Virus record (IMG/VR): IMGVR_UViG_3300037313_000066
Span: 1 to 53,958 of that record
Origin: a virus
Taxonomy: Duplodnaviria > Caudoviricetes
Length of the DNA stretch: 53,958 nucleotides
Strand: one strand, 5' to 3'
Part shown: one piece after another, positions 35,418-45,380 of the stretch
How the letters are laid out: each line of letters opens with the position of its first letter
How positions within the stretch are numbered: the first letter of the stretch is position 1
Position numbers and translations under genes: made by a program
The notes under the pieces: model-generated
Told to the model about the DNA's origin: nothing
Databases searched by the model: none
What the model saw: the letters and a program-made list of their open reading frames with translations, nothing else

Positions 35418-37870
35418 CAGTAATCAACCTCCGTGATCGTGAACGAGATGGAGTAGAGGCCGAGGGTGTTGAAGTCGATGCTCAGGTCTTCGATCGAGCC
35501 GTAGATCCGGTCACCCAGCGGGCTCCGCAGGAGCAGCACGTCGCAGTTGGCGACCATGGCCTCCCACTCGTCCGGCGAGCTCGACTCGTCATCGAGCAGC
35601 CCCGAGATCGACAGGGTTCGAGTGGTCGTCGCACCCGCGTACCCCACGGGCCGCTTGCGGCCAGCGAAGTTGTAGTAGGTGCGGTCACGGCTCGATGCAC
35701 GCGAGATAGTGATGTTGCCGACCATCCGGCACACCGTCGAGAACTGGTCGTCGCCAGAGACGTACATCCAGTCAGACTCGAAGCCGTTGGGTGCCAGCGC
35801 AGTAGAGGTCACCGTCGAGGGGATGGCCGAGTACGTGATCGTTCGGTACTCGCCGTCCTGCGCGATCGGTGCCGTGGTGTCCACCAGCGTGGCGTCGGGC
35901 GACACGTTCTGGGCGATGGTCTCCCACGGCCCGAACTCACCCGTCGCTCGATCGAGGACATGGCGCTGGATGTCCACCCGAGTCGCCGTCACCGTCTGCC
36001 CAGCGACAGGAGCCGTGGGCGTCAGGGTGATGAGGTTGACCCCGGTGTCCGGTACGTAGTCCACAGACATCGTGGGCGCAGCCGGTGGCGTGAAGTGGCA
36101 CGTGAGGTTGCGGATCACCCAGTCGGAGAACAGGCCGTCGCCGTCCTGCACTCGCATCTTGAGCTGGTAGCTCGCGCTGTCTGCGATCGGCGTGCTGAAG
36201 GTCATCTGCGTGGCGTTGTTCGCCGCGCTCTGCGTCTCCAGCAGGTTGCCGCTGCCGTCGTACAGGAAGGTCTCCCAGTACGCCTGAGCGGTGTTCTCCG
36301 CATCGCTGTACGTCCACTGGACCACCAGTGCCGAGGTCGTCAGCGTGGTCCCGCTCGGGGAGGTCAGAGTGACGATCGGCGTGGCCGAGGTTCCGAAGGA
36401 CGCACTGGCCGACCACGCACCCGCAGTGGCGTTCACGCCGTAGGTGCGAACCTGCCACGCGACGGTCGAGCCGTTGGTGACGGTGTTCGCCGGCATGGTC
36501 CACGAGGAGACCGCGCTGGTGACCTTCGCAGGCTGCGTCCAGGTCGATCCGCCGTTGGTGCTGTAGCGGATGTCGAACGCGGTCTGGTCGGCCTTGTCGG
36601 TGCCAGGGGAGTGCACCCAGGTGAGCGTCTGCGCCCGAGCCGCATCGAGCTTCGTGCCCGAGGGCGCGAGGTTGGTCGGTGCGTTCGGGGGAGTGCTCGC
36701 CTGAGCGGCAGGGGCGTCGACCCAGTTGGACTGCGAGGTGTAGCCCGTCGTCGAGACCGTGCGCACGCCAAACTGGTAGGTCGACGTGGCCGTGACGCCC
36801 GTGAGCGTGTAGGACGAGGTGCCACCCGCGACACTGATCGTGTCGGTCTGGAGCACGCCGTCCTTGAAGTACCGGACGTTCGAGGTGTACTTGCCGGTGG
36901 AGAACGGGGCGTTCGTCTGCCACGTGAACTGAAGACCGCCACTGACGGCCTTCATCACCACGTTGCTGGGATCGGCAGGCTTCGTCTGGTACTCAGCGAA
37001 CTCCGCGTACGCGCCCGTGCCCGCGTCGTTGACCGCTGCGATCCGCCACTTGTAGTACGTGTTGGTCGTCGTGGTCGTGTCGGTGAACGAGGTCGTCGTG
37101 CCCGACAGCGTGGCGATGGTTGCCCACGTGCCACCCTCAGGGCTGAGCCGCTGAAGGTTGAGGCTGCTGTACGGCTTCGACGGCGATGACGGGTTGTTCG
37201 TCCAAGCCAGCGTGAACGACGTGTCGCTGTTGCGAGTGGTCGTCAGCCCGGTCGGAGCGTCGGGGATCGCCAGCACCGTGAGGGTGCTCGACGTGGCATA
37301 GCCCGAGTACAGGGTGGCCCCGACAGTGGACTGGTTGCGCACCCGGTAGGCGTACGTCGAACCGGGCGTGAGCCCGCTCTTGGTCCACGACGCGGAGCCC
37401 GACGCGGAGACGCTTGCGACCTGAGTCCAAGCGCCTCCGTTCACCTGCTCCTCGACGAGCCCCGAGAACACGTACCCGTTGAGGTTGGTCGCCCCGGTGT
37501 TCCACGACAGCGTTACCGACGTGGGCGTAGTGAGGGTGGCGACCAGCGTGTTCGGGGAGGTCGGCGTCGTCTGCACGTACCCCGAGTAGGTCGAACCGCT
37601 GTAGATGTTCTGCGTGCCGTTGTAGTAGTAGCGCCGGATCTGGTAGCGGTACCGGGTGTTCGCAGCGCACGCGGTGTCGACCCACGACGTGGTGGTCGCA
37701 CCAACGCCGGCCGACGACCAGGAGGACCACGCATTGGAGGTGTTGCTCCAGCGCGAGTGCTCCTGGTCCGTAACCGTCTGACTCGGGTTCGTCCACGTGA
37801 CCGTGATCTGCGTGTCGCTGTTGCGAGTCGCCGTCACACTGTCGGGCGGATAGATGATGAGAGCCGTCAT
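35417..37870 (-). CDS. Minor tail protein with fibronectin type III repeats
   Basis: Repeated P..PT.L..T......TL.W and YRYQIR/YAYRVR units; T/S-rich; follows tape measure. Confidence 0.85.
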   Translation of the reverse strand: MTALIIYPPDSVTATRNSDTQITVTWTNPSQTVTDQEHSRWSNTSNAWSSWSSAGVGATTTSWVDTACAANTRYRYQIRRYYYNGTQNIYSGSTYSGYVQTTPTSPNTLVATLTTPTSVTLSWNTGATNLNGYVFSGLVEEQVNGGAWTQVASVSASGSASWTKSGLTPGSTYAYRVRNQSTVGATLYSGYATSSTLTVLAIPDAPTGLTTTRNSDTSFTLAWTNNPSSPSKPYSSLNLQRLSPEGGTWATIATLSGTTTSFTDTTTTTNTYYKWRIAAVNDAGTGAYAEFAEYQTKPADPSNVVMKAVSGGLQFTWQTNAPFSTGKYTSNVRYFKDGVLQTDTISVAGGTSSYTLTGVTATSTYQFGVRTVSTTGYTSQSNWVDAPAAQASTPPNAPTNLAPSGTKLDAARAQTLTWVHSPGTDKADQTAFDIRYSTNGGSTWTQPAKVTSAVSSWTMPANTVTNGSTVAWQVRTYGVNATAGAWSASASFGTSATPIVTLTSPSGTTLTTSALVVQWTYSDAENTAQAYWETFLYDGSGNLLETQSAANNATQMTFSTPIADSASYQLKMRVQDGDGLFSDWVIRNLTCHFTPPAAPTMSVDYVPDTGVNLITLTPTAPVAGQTVTATRVDIQRHVLDRATGEFGPWETIAQNVSPDATLVDTTAPIAQDGEYRTITYSAIPSTVTSTALAPNGFESDWMYVSGDDQFSTVCRMVGNITISRASSRDRTYYNFAGRKRPVGYAGATTTRTLSISGLLDDESSSPDEWEAMVANCDVLLLRSPLGDRIYGSIEDLSIDFNTLGLYSISFTITEVDY

Positions 37871-40800
37871 GGACGCTTCACCCCCTGTCGTGCCTTGGTC
37901 TTGAGGAGAGCGAAGAAGTCGTCGAGCGTCTTCAGCTTCTCCAGGTCGTCGAGCGAGAGCTCGATGGTCAGGTTCTCGATGTGCGTGCCTCCATCTGCAC
38001 TACTGTTCACACCGCCATCGCTGATCGAGCGGGAGGCGCGAGAGAGGTTGATCTGGCCGGCCACCTGAGGCGGCTCCACGTCGACCGACTTGATGCCGAG
38101 GGCCATGCCCTCCGACACATGAGCGCCGATCTTCTTGAAGACTCGCGACGGGGAGTGGATGCCGAGCTGCGTCTTGATGGTCTTCACCATCGAGTTGGCG
38201 AGCTTGGTCATCTCGGCCTCGATGTCCTTGCGCTTGTCGCGCAGGCCCTTCAGGAGACCATCAGCAATGTGCATCCCGTTCGTGATGAACAGGTCCTGCA
38301 CGGTGTTACCGGCCTGGTTGGCGTACTGCTCCAGCGTGGCCTGCTGCTGGTTGAGCGCCTTGACCCCATCCTTGCCAGCGTTCGCGATGGCCTGAGCCAC
38401 GCCGAGCGCAGCATCGGGACCAGCGTTCACAAGCTGGGCGAGGGTGGTGTTGTTCAGCCCCTCCTTCTTCAGCAGAGCGAGAGCCGCTGCAAACGCCTTC
38501 GCCTTAGCGATGGCATCCGCGAGGTTCTGCGTGATCGCCTGGAAGGTCGGCACCTGACCGTCTGCGAGCCCGAGCTGGGTGGGGTCACCGAGCGCGGAGA
38601 TCGAGTCAACGAGGGTCGCCTTGAGCTGAGCAGCCTGATCGAAGATCGACTTGATCGTGCCCTTGATCTTCCCGACGATGCTGCTCCACTGACCGTAGAG
38701 CTTGTTCATCTCCTTCTGCTCAGGCGCGAGCGCCTTCAGCAGTGAGGCCCGCTTCTTCTTGACAGCGGCGATCTGGGTCTTCGACATGCCCTTGGTGACG
38801 TTCGGCAGGAGCGAGGTCAGGGTGTTGACCCGCTTCTGGAACTCAGGACCCTCAGCGCCCGAGAGGCCCTTGAGGAGCATCTTCACGAGCGAGCGTGCCG
38901 TGGCGAGCAGATCCTTGCGGTGCTTGCCCAGACCGATGACGAGGCCCTGGCCCATGTAGTCACCGATCGCCATGGTCTCCCGCGAGGGGGAGTGGATCTT
39001 GGCAGCACGGCGCATGGACGCGATGGCGTTACGGACGATGGCCGCAGCCGTCGCACTCAGGCTTCCGTCACCCGAGCGGAGACCGCCCTGGAGACCAGCG
39101 ATGATGAAGTTGGCGATGCCCTTGGCGTCACCCTTGGCGGGTGCCTGCTGGCCCGTCAGCTTCTTGGAGATGCCCTGCGTGAACTGCTTCAGGTCGGGCT
39201 TCATGTTCTGGAGCGGCAGGCCCATCGCGTTGGCGAGATCCTGCGCCGAGACCTTGGCCTTCGGCTTGGCCCCAGAGACGCCCTTGGTGACAGCAGCCTG
39301 GAAGCCCTTGAGGTTCGGCTTCGCCTTGCTCACCCCGTTGAGGGAGGCAATGAGCGAGTCGACCTGAGCCTTCGTCGGCTTCCACCCCGACGCTCGGATG
39401 AGCGCGGTGAGCTTCCGCTTGTCGATGATCCCGTACTGCTGAGCGACCTGACGGACGCCCTTCATCGTCGGGACGACGCCCTGAATGTTGATCGCCGTGG
39501 CGACCTTGCGCGGGAAGTGCTTGTACAGCGAAGAGAGGTCCTGCGTGACCGTAGCGGCCTGTCGCGTCTTGTTCGCCGCAGCCTGCGTGCGCAGGGAGAT
39601 GTCACCGAGCGCATCCGCGTACTGGTGGAACTGCGTCGTCGGGTCGACCCCGACAAGGCCCTCCTTGCCAGCCAGCGCCTGCATGATCGCCTGAGTCGCC
39701 TGCTTGTTGCCGGTGACCGCCATCGAGATCTCGCGATCCGTGACGCCGATCGAGCGCAGGTGCTTGTAGAGATCCTTGTACTGGTCCGAGAAGATTCCCA
39801 GCGCCTTGACGCGAGTGTCAGCCGTGCTGGCACCCGTCATCTGGTCGAGCGTGCTCTGGAGATCCTTGAGGCTGTTGCGGTACAGACCCATCGCGGTCGC
39901 GGCCTTCTTCGCCGCATCGGCTGCGTCTCGCGTCAGCTTGCCGAAGGTCCCGTCAGGGTCGACGTGCAGCAGGTGAGACCAGCCAGCCTGGAGGTCCTTG
40001 AATGAGGCGGCGAGGCCGGCGGTGAAGCCGATAGCCGCACCGATCGGGCCAGCGCGGAGACCCAGGAGGGCACCGCCGACAGACTTCTCCAGCGCCGTGC
40101 CAAAGCCCTTCGCGCTGGAACTGCCACGCGAGAAGCCATCGGCCAGGAGGAGGAGACCGCCCGCACCAGCGAGGCTGCCCATCATGCTCTTGAGGCCACT
40201 CATCTTGGTGGCGGCAGCGGTGTTGACCGCAGCGTTCTCGCCAGCCGCGACGGTGTTCGCCTCAAGGGCGACCGTGCTGGTGGTGACCGCTCGGCTGAAC
40301 AGGCCGTAGCCAGGGATCAGTCGAAGCAGGGAGCGCCCGATCGAGACCAGCGAGCCAGCCGCGAGGGCGGTGTTGATCTTGTTCCAGAGGACCAGTGCCG
40401 CGACGATCTCGAAGAGCTGGCTGGGGAGCAGGTTGAGCACCTTGACCAGACCGTCGAGGACCGTCAGGACCAGCGTCATCAGGGGCGTGAGCGCCTTGAT
40501 CTTCGCTGCGAAGACGGTGCCGAATAGCTTGGCGAGGTCACCGACGACGGTGAACAGCTCACCCATCTTGGAGGCCAGATCGCCCATCACGGGGCGCAGG
40601 GAGTCGAGGCCCTTGGCTACGCCGTCGACCAGATTGAACATGCCGTTCTGGACCGCAGGGTTGCCGAGGTAGTCGAACAGCGAGCCGAAGAGCGTGCCGA
40701 TGGCGTCACCCAGTCGGGGGAGCAGCCGAAGGAGGTTCTGGCTCATCGCGCTCATGTAGCGCGAGAAGGCCGGACCCGAGCGTTCAGCGATCCGGCTCAT

Positions 40801-42144
40801 CATGGTGTGAGCGGCAGCGAAGACAGCCGTGAGGCGCTTCTGGATCGCATCGCTGTTGACCCACTTCGCTACACGACCGAGGCCGTTCGCGAGGTTGTCC
40901 AGAGCGTTGCCAGCGGTCGCGTTGTCAGCAGCCTTGGCGAAGCCGTAGAAGATCTTGCCGACATTCGCGAGGACTCGACCCAGGGCCTGGAGCCGTTCGA
41001 CCGCCGTGGCGATCCACTTGTCGAGCTTGCCCGTGTTCTGGGCGTTGGTCATGAAGGCGGCGAACCTGTCGGCCACCTTGCCGGCCCAGTTGGCGAGGGC
41101 GGGGAGCTGTCGGGTGCCGAGCGTTCCGAAGATCTTCACGAGACGTGCGATCGCGTCGGTGTGCTTGGCGAAGTTGCGGATCGAGACGTTGAGCGCCTCG
41201 AACATGACGGTCAGTGCGTGACCGCCGAGCTCCCGCTTGAGGGACTTGGAGAGGTTGCCGAAGAAGACAGCCAGGGCACGAGAGGTTCCGAGGAGACCGT
41301 CCTGGATCTGCGGGAAGACCGTGCGGATCAGGTCGCCCATCGGGGCACGAGCCTTGGACCAGAACTGCTTGGACATCATGTTCTGGAGGGCCTGCCACGC
41401 CGAGCCAGCCTTGGTCTTCCGACCGAGGCCAACGGCGAAGCTAGAGAACTCCTTGTTGAAGTCCTTGAAGACCGCCGTGGTAGCGATCAGACCGACACCG
41501 ATGCCGCCGAAGATTCCCGGCAGGGCGAGTGCCCCCGGCCCGATCTGTGCCAGTGCTCGCGACAGGCTGAAGATGTCTCCAGCAGCGGAGATCGCTGCAC
41601 CAGCGAGACCGCCGATGGCAAGCGTCATGCTGCCGATCAGCGGGACCTTCTTGTCGATGTTCGACAGGAAGTCCTTGAACTCGCTGAACATGCCCTGGCC
41701 GAGCCGGAATCCGGTCAGCCGCTTGAGCGCCTCGAAGGCGTTGTCCTTGACCTTCGCCTCGAACACGATCGTCCGATGGCGAGCCTCCAGCTCTGCGAGC
41801 TTGGCCTCCAGTGCGCCCTTGTCCAGGTCGAGGTTGATCGTCTCGCTGTTGAGCGTTTCGAGCTCGGCGCGAATCTTGGCGATGCCAGCCTCAAGGCTCT
41901 TCTGGTTGTCTAGATTCACCTTGATCGAGAGCTCGCCAACCTCCTTCTCTGCCTTCTCGGCAGCGGCCTTCAGATCCTCAGCGAGCTTCTGGTCGAGCTG
42001 TGCCCGGACCTTCAGCGGCTTCTTGTCGAGGTCGGCCTGCACCTTGTCGACTGCGGCCTTGACCTTGGCCTTGAGCTCGCTGGCGAACTTGGTGGTGTCC
42101 GGTCGGACCTGGATCTTGACGGAAGCAGTGATGTTGTCTGCCAC
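37867..42144 (-). CDS. Tape measure protein
   Basis: 1425 aa; Ala/Gly helical; two IHSPSR motifs. Confidence 0.95.
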   Translation of the reverse strand: MADNITASVKIQVRPDTTKFASELKAKVKAAVDKVQADLDKKPLKVRAQLDQKLAEDLKAAAEKAEKEVGELSIKVNLDNQKSLEAGIAKIRAELETLNSETINLDLDKGALEAKLAELEARHRTIVFEAKVKDNAFEALKRLTGFRLGQGMFSEFKDFLSNIDKKVPLIGSMTLAIGGLAGAAISAAGDIFSLSRALAQIGPGALALPGIFGGIGVGLIATTAVFKDFNKEFSSFAVGLGRKTKAGSAWQALQNMMSKQFWSKARAPMGDLIRTVFPQIQDGLLGTSRALAVFFGNLSKSLKRELGGHALTVMFEALNVSIRNFAKHTDAIARLVKIFGTLGTRQLPALANWAGKVADRFAAFMTNAQNTGKLDKWIATAVERLQALGRVLANVGKIFYGFAKAADNATAGNALDNLANGLGRVAKWVNSDAIQKRLTAVFAAAHTMMSRIAERSGPAFSRYMSAMSQNLLRLLPRLGDAIGTLFGSLFDYLGNPAVQNGMFNLVDGVAKGLDSLRPVMGDLASKMGELFTVVGDLAKLFGTVFAAKIKALTPLMTLVLTVLDGLVKVLNLLPSQLFEIVAALVLWNKINTALAAGSLVSIGRSLLRLIPGYGLFSRAVTTSTVALEANTVAAGENAAVNTAAATKMSGLKSMMGSLAGAGGLLLLADGFSRGSSSAKGFGTALEKSVGGALLGLRAGPIGAAIGFTAGLAASFKDLQAGWSHLLHVDPDGTFGKLTRDAADAAKKAATAMGLYRNSLKDLQSTLDQMTGASTADTRVKALGIFSDQYKDLYKHLRSIGVTDREISMAVTGNKQATQAIMQALAGKEGLVGVDPTTQFHQYADALGDISLRTQAAANKTRQAATVTQDLSSLYKHFPRKVATAINIQGVVPTMKGVRQVAQQYGIIDKRKLTALIRASGWKPTKAQVDSLIASLNGVSKAKPNLKGFQAAVTKGVSGAKPKAKVSAQDLANAMGLPLQNMKPDLKQFTQGISKKLTGQQAPAKGDAKGIANFIIAGLQGGLRSGDGSLSATAAAIVRNAIASMRRAAKIHSPSRETMAIGDYMGQGLVIGLGKHRKDLLATARSLVKMLLKGLSGAEGPEFQKRVNTLTSLLPNVTKGMSKTQIAAVKKKRASLLKALAPEQKEMNKLYGQWSSIVGKIKGTIKSIFDQAAQLKATLVDSISALGDPTQLGLADGQVPTFQAITQNLADAIAKAKAFAAALALLKKEGLNNTTLAQLVNAGPDAALGVAQAIANAGKDGVKALNQQQATLEQYANQAGNTVQDLFITNGMHIADGLLKGLRDKRKDIEAEMTKLANSMVKTIKTQLGIHSPSRVFKKIGAHVSEGMALGIKSVDVEPPQVAGQINLSRASRSISDGGVNSSADGGTHIENLTIELSLDDLEKLKTLDDFFALLKTKARQGVKRP

Positions 42145-42181
42145 GTTTCACCTCCTTAGGTAGTTGCGATGGATGGGTTCG

Positions 42182-42885
42182 TTACTTGCTTGCGGTGAGC
42201 TGCTTGTAGAGCTCTGCGACCGTGGTGGCCCTCTTGGGCTCTTCCTGCTGGGACTTGGGTCGCGGGTACTCGGGGATGTCGGGGGGCTTCTTGGCCCACC
42301 GCCCAGCAGCCCTCGTGTTGAGGGACATCGCGTCGTAGAGGTCAGCCGCCATCACGCGGTCCTGGCCCCATCCGAAGAACTCCCTGCCGCCCAACGCGAG
42401 AGCGGCGGTGAGTGAGGTATCGGGCAGCCTCTGGATGAGCGAAAGCACAAAGAGAGGGGCTGGACCTCGACCTTGAATCACGTCTACTAGATCAACGTCG
42501 TAGTAGAACTTCAGGTCGGGGTACAGCCCCTCTCCGTACTCGTCTATCAGCTCTCCGAGGCCGAGGCTTCCCCCGCCTGCGTGCCCTCCATGTAGTCAGT
42601 GAAGATCTCCATGAGGACGCCGAGGTCGTCACCGATCGCCTCGATCAGCTCCTCGACCAGCGCGGTCTCCGAGGCGCTCCGAAGCGCGTCCTGAAGCACG
42701 ACGACCTGATCCTCGGTGTCGCTCTCCAGACGCTTGGCGATGTCGCTCAGCGCGTCGCGCTTGGCCTTCGGCAGGCGCAGCGGGTTCAGCAGCTTGACGG
42801 TCTTGCCCTCTCCGAACTCGATGTCGGTGCTGCCGTACTTCGCGTCGGCGGCGGCGCGGATGTTGTCGAGAGAGAAAGTAGCCAT
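42182..42885 (-). CDS. Tail assembly chaperone, -1 frameshift (G-T) form
   Basis: Slippery GGGGGAA at 42568-42574; the -1 frame is open into ORF 42182..42481. Confidence 0.85.
42547..42885 (-). CDS. Tail assembly chaperone (short form)
   Basis: SLDNIRAAADAKYG...LLNPLRL; between major tail and tape measure. Confidence 0.9.
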   Translation of the reverse strand: MATFSLDNIRAAADAKYGSTDIEFGEGKTVKLLNPLRLPKAKRDALSDIAKRLESDTEDQVVVLQDALRSASETALVEELIEAIGDDLGVLMEIFTDYMEGTQAGEASASES

Positions 42886-43009
42886 GTTTGCGGACTCCTT
42901 AAGTCGAAGTGGTCGCGGACTCGAACGGGGTGAAACCCCCTCCCCCTGGAGTCCGCAAAGAACAGGGGGAGGGGTTGCTTGGCGAACCGCTATCTACGGT
43001 TCACACGGA

Positions 43010-43573
43010 TCACGGCGTAACGTCACCGATCGGGGTGATCGAGTACGTCCAGGTGTTGGTGCCGGACGCAAGCGGCTTGACCGCGAGGGGCAGGCTCGCC
43101 AGCGACTCGGTGTCACCGATGGACAGGTCGTCGGCCCGGAAGATCTCGGCCTTCGGCGCGTAGATGGCGAACTCGTTGTCGCCGTCGATGAACACCGCGA
43201 GGAACGAGCAGACGGTCGGGGTCGGGTTCGCGGGAACCTGGACCTCGCCGGCCGAACCGATGGTCGCGTTCGAGCCGTAGTACAGCTTGAGACCGTCCGT
43301 GTCGAACTGCTGGAGCGACAGGTTGAAGGTCTCGGTCCGAGCAGCGTGCGTGGTCCGCAGCGCCTTGTTCTGGAGCGTGCCGATGGTCGTGGCGTCGCCA
43401 CCGTCCGAGGACACGGAGAACACGTCGGACAGGCTCGTGTGGCCCATCTGGACCCAGTTCACACCCGGTGCCGTCAGGTCAGCCGGGAGCGCCTCAGGCG
43501 TGGTCGCGTTGTACGTCGCGGTGTAGAACTTGCCGGTACCGACGACGAGAGTTGCGTTGTCGTTGAGCGTCAA
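43010..43573 (-). CDS. Major tail protein
   Basis: LNDNATLV...GHTS...LQQFD...YYG, L5-like. Confidence 0.9.
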   Translation of the reverse strand: MTLNDNATLVVGTGKFYTATYNATTPEALPADLTAPGVNWVQMGHTSLSDVFSVSSDGGDATTIGTLQNKALRTTHAARTETFNLSLQQFDTDGLKLYYGSNATIGSAGEVQVPANPTPTVCSFLAVFIDGDNEFAIYAPKAEIFRADDLSIGDTESLASLPLAVKPLASGTNTWTYSITPIGDVTP

Positions 43574-43598
43574 CTCTGATTCCTTTCAGGATTAGGAA

Positions 43599-44084
43599 TC
43601 AGGAAGCGAAGGGCTTCTGCGCTGGCTTCCTGATGATTACGTGGTATTCCGCCTCCCAGCGAATGACGTTCGTCGGGAGATCTGCGTACTGGACGGGACC
43701 AGTCGAGGTGTTCCAGTCAGGAACGCGGCGTGGTCGACTCACCAGTTCACAGTCGGTGATGTAGCCACGGTGGGGGATGACGACGTTCTTCGAGTCCCGC
43801 AGCACAACCCGAACCGCTTCGGATAGGTTGGCCGCGTCCTCATCGGCGTTCAGGCCCTCGGAGAACGTGGAGATCACGAGGTGTGCAGCGTCGAGGAATC
43901 GCTCGTCGCCAGCCCACGTGCCCCACGATCCGTTGGACCGCACGAGCACGAGGGGGAAGGTCTGGTCGTCGTTCACCTTGGTCTGCACCGCGACCCCGCC
44001 AAGCTTGTCGGGGATCAGTGCGAGGATCAGGTCTTCGACCGGGCTCATCTCTACGAGACTGAGCACTGCGTCAGGCAGGGTCAC
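43599..44084 (-). CDS. Tail terminator
   Basis: Synteny; GPVQYADLP motif. Confidence 0.8.
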   Translation of the reverse strand: MTLPDAVLSLVEMSPVEDLILALIPDKLGGVAVQTKVNDDQTFPLVLVRSNGSWGTWAGDERFLDAAHLVISTFSEGLNADEDAANLSEAVRVVLRDSKNVVIPHRGYITDCELVSRPRRVPDWNTSTGPVQYADLPTNVIRWEAEYHVIIRKPAQKPFAS

Positions 44085-44428
44085 TTGATACCCCGCATTC
44101 GCTTGGGGAGCTTGGCAGCACCGATCAGTGCGCCGGTCTCTTGCTCGATCCGTTCAGCGGCGTTGTCGCCACGGGGGTCGTGGTCGACCAGAACCACGAA
44201 GGCGTCGATGTCGCCCTTGTGGTACTCGATCTGAGAGGCTCCGGTGTCGCGGTGCTCACCGAGCTTCGCCTTGGCCCTGGCCTCGATCGCTCGTCCGAGC
44301 TGCTCGACCTTGGCCTGTGTCTTGGCCGCGTTCGCGACCTCCCACTCGACGTAGCCCTTGGTGTACTGCCCCTTGAACCTGGAGTTCATCGGGGAGCGCT
44401 TCATCTTCCACTCGAAGTTGTCTCCCAT
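44081..44428 (-). CDS. Neck / tail completion protein
   Basis: Synteny; HRDTG...GDID. Confidence 0.7.
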   Translation of the reverse strand: MGDNFEWKMKRSPMNSRFKGQYTKGYVEWEVANAAKTQAKVEQLGRAIEARAKAKLGEHRDTGASQIEYHKGDIDAFVVLVDHDPRGDNAAERIEQETGALIGAAKLPKRMRGIK

Positions 44429-44766
44429 CAGGGCCTCTCTCTCAGGTCGATCGACCAGTGCCGCGTGTGTCGCGAGCCGTGGTGATACGACGGGGGAGTG
44501 ACGACATCCCAGGTGGAGCCGAGCGCTTCGACGTACGACCACAGGTCGACGTTCGGAAGGTCGTGCTTGACGATGATCTTCACGACGTTGATCTCGACCT
44601 GACCGATCACCTCGGCTCGTGCACTCCGCTGGGGAATCCACGCAGCCACGGTCTCGATCGGGTTGTCGAGGTCGGGCATCTTCGTCTTGTTGCCACGGTT
44701 GTCCGTGAGCTCGACGGTCGGGAAGATCTTGATGGGGATGCCGTGCCTACGCTGAACAGAGGCCAT
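44428..44766 (-). CDS. Head-to-tail stopper
   Basis: DNRGN...QRSARAEV...WDVVTPP...HWS. Confidence 0.8.
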   Translation of the reverse strand: MASVQRRHGIPIKIFPTVELTDNRGNKTKMPDLDNPIETVAAWIPQRSARAEVIGQVEINVVKIIVKHDLPNVDLWSYVEALGSTWDVVTPPSYHHGSRHTRHWSIDLRERP

Positions 44767-45314
44767 CAGCCACCTCGGTCCATGTTGATGAACGGGTCGC
44801 TCTGGTAGAGGTAGTTGAGGTAGTCCTCCGCGAAGAACGGGTCGTTCTCGGCGTACATCGGGAAGTCCTTGACCACCGAGGAGTAGTGAGTCCCGTCGAC
44901 CGGGATGTAATACTCGCGGCAGCGTGGACGGGGGCGAGTGCCCCAAGCGCTGACCTGCGCCGAGCCGAACGACTTCGTGCTACGGCCAGACACTCGGAGG
45001 AGCATCTGCTGCTCCTTGAGCGTGAACTGGGCGGTGCCAGCCTCTTCGCCTCGGTCAGCCCACATCAGCGTTTCGTCGCCAGCGCGGGACTGGGTGTAGC
45101 CGTCAGGGTTCCGCATGTAGCGAGCGGCTGCTCGCAGGATGAGGCTCTTGACCTGTCGGGGAGCAGTGGTGCTGTCCCACGTGTCTGATCCGTAGTAACG
45201 AGCGTCGTCGCTCAGGTCGTCGAGTGCGCCCTGAGCCACGCCCTGCTCACCAGAGTCCAGCGTCCAGTCGAGGCGAGCCTGAAGCTCAGCGACTGTTGCA
45301 ATGGTGTCAACCAT
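44766..45314 (-). CDS. Head-to-tail adaptor
   Basis: ATVAEL...RYMRNPDGYTQSRAGDE. Confidence 0.82.
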   Translation of the reverse strand: MVDTIATVAELQARLDWTLDSGEQGVAQGALDDLSDDARYYGSDTWDSTTAPRQVKSLILRAAARYMRNPDGYTQSRAGDETLMWADRGEEAGTAQFTLKEQQMLLRVSGRSTKSFGSAQVSAWGTRPRPRCREYYIPVDGTHYSSVVKDFPMYAENDPFFAEDYLNYLYQSDPFINMDRGG

Positions 45315-45380
45315 CGCGTCTCCTCTCTGGGGAAGAGGAGGACCGCCCCGAGAGACGGCCCTCCTCAGTTGTCATCGGGA

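Noticed and set aside
42568-42574. Chaperone frameshift as a novelty
   Set aside because: A well-known conserved feature of long-tailed phages
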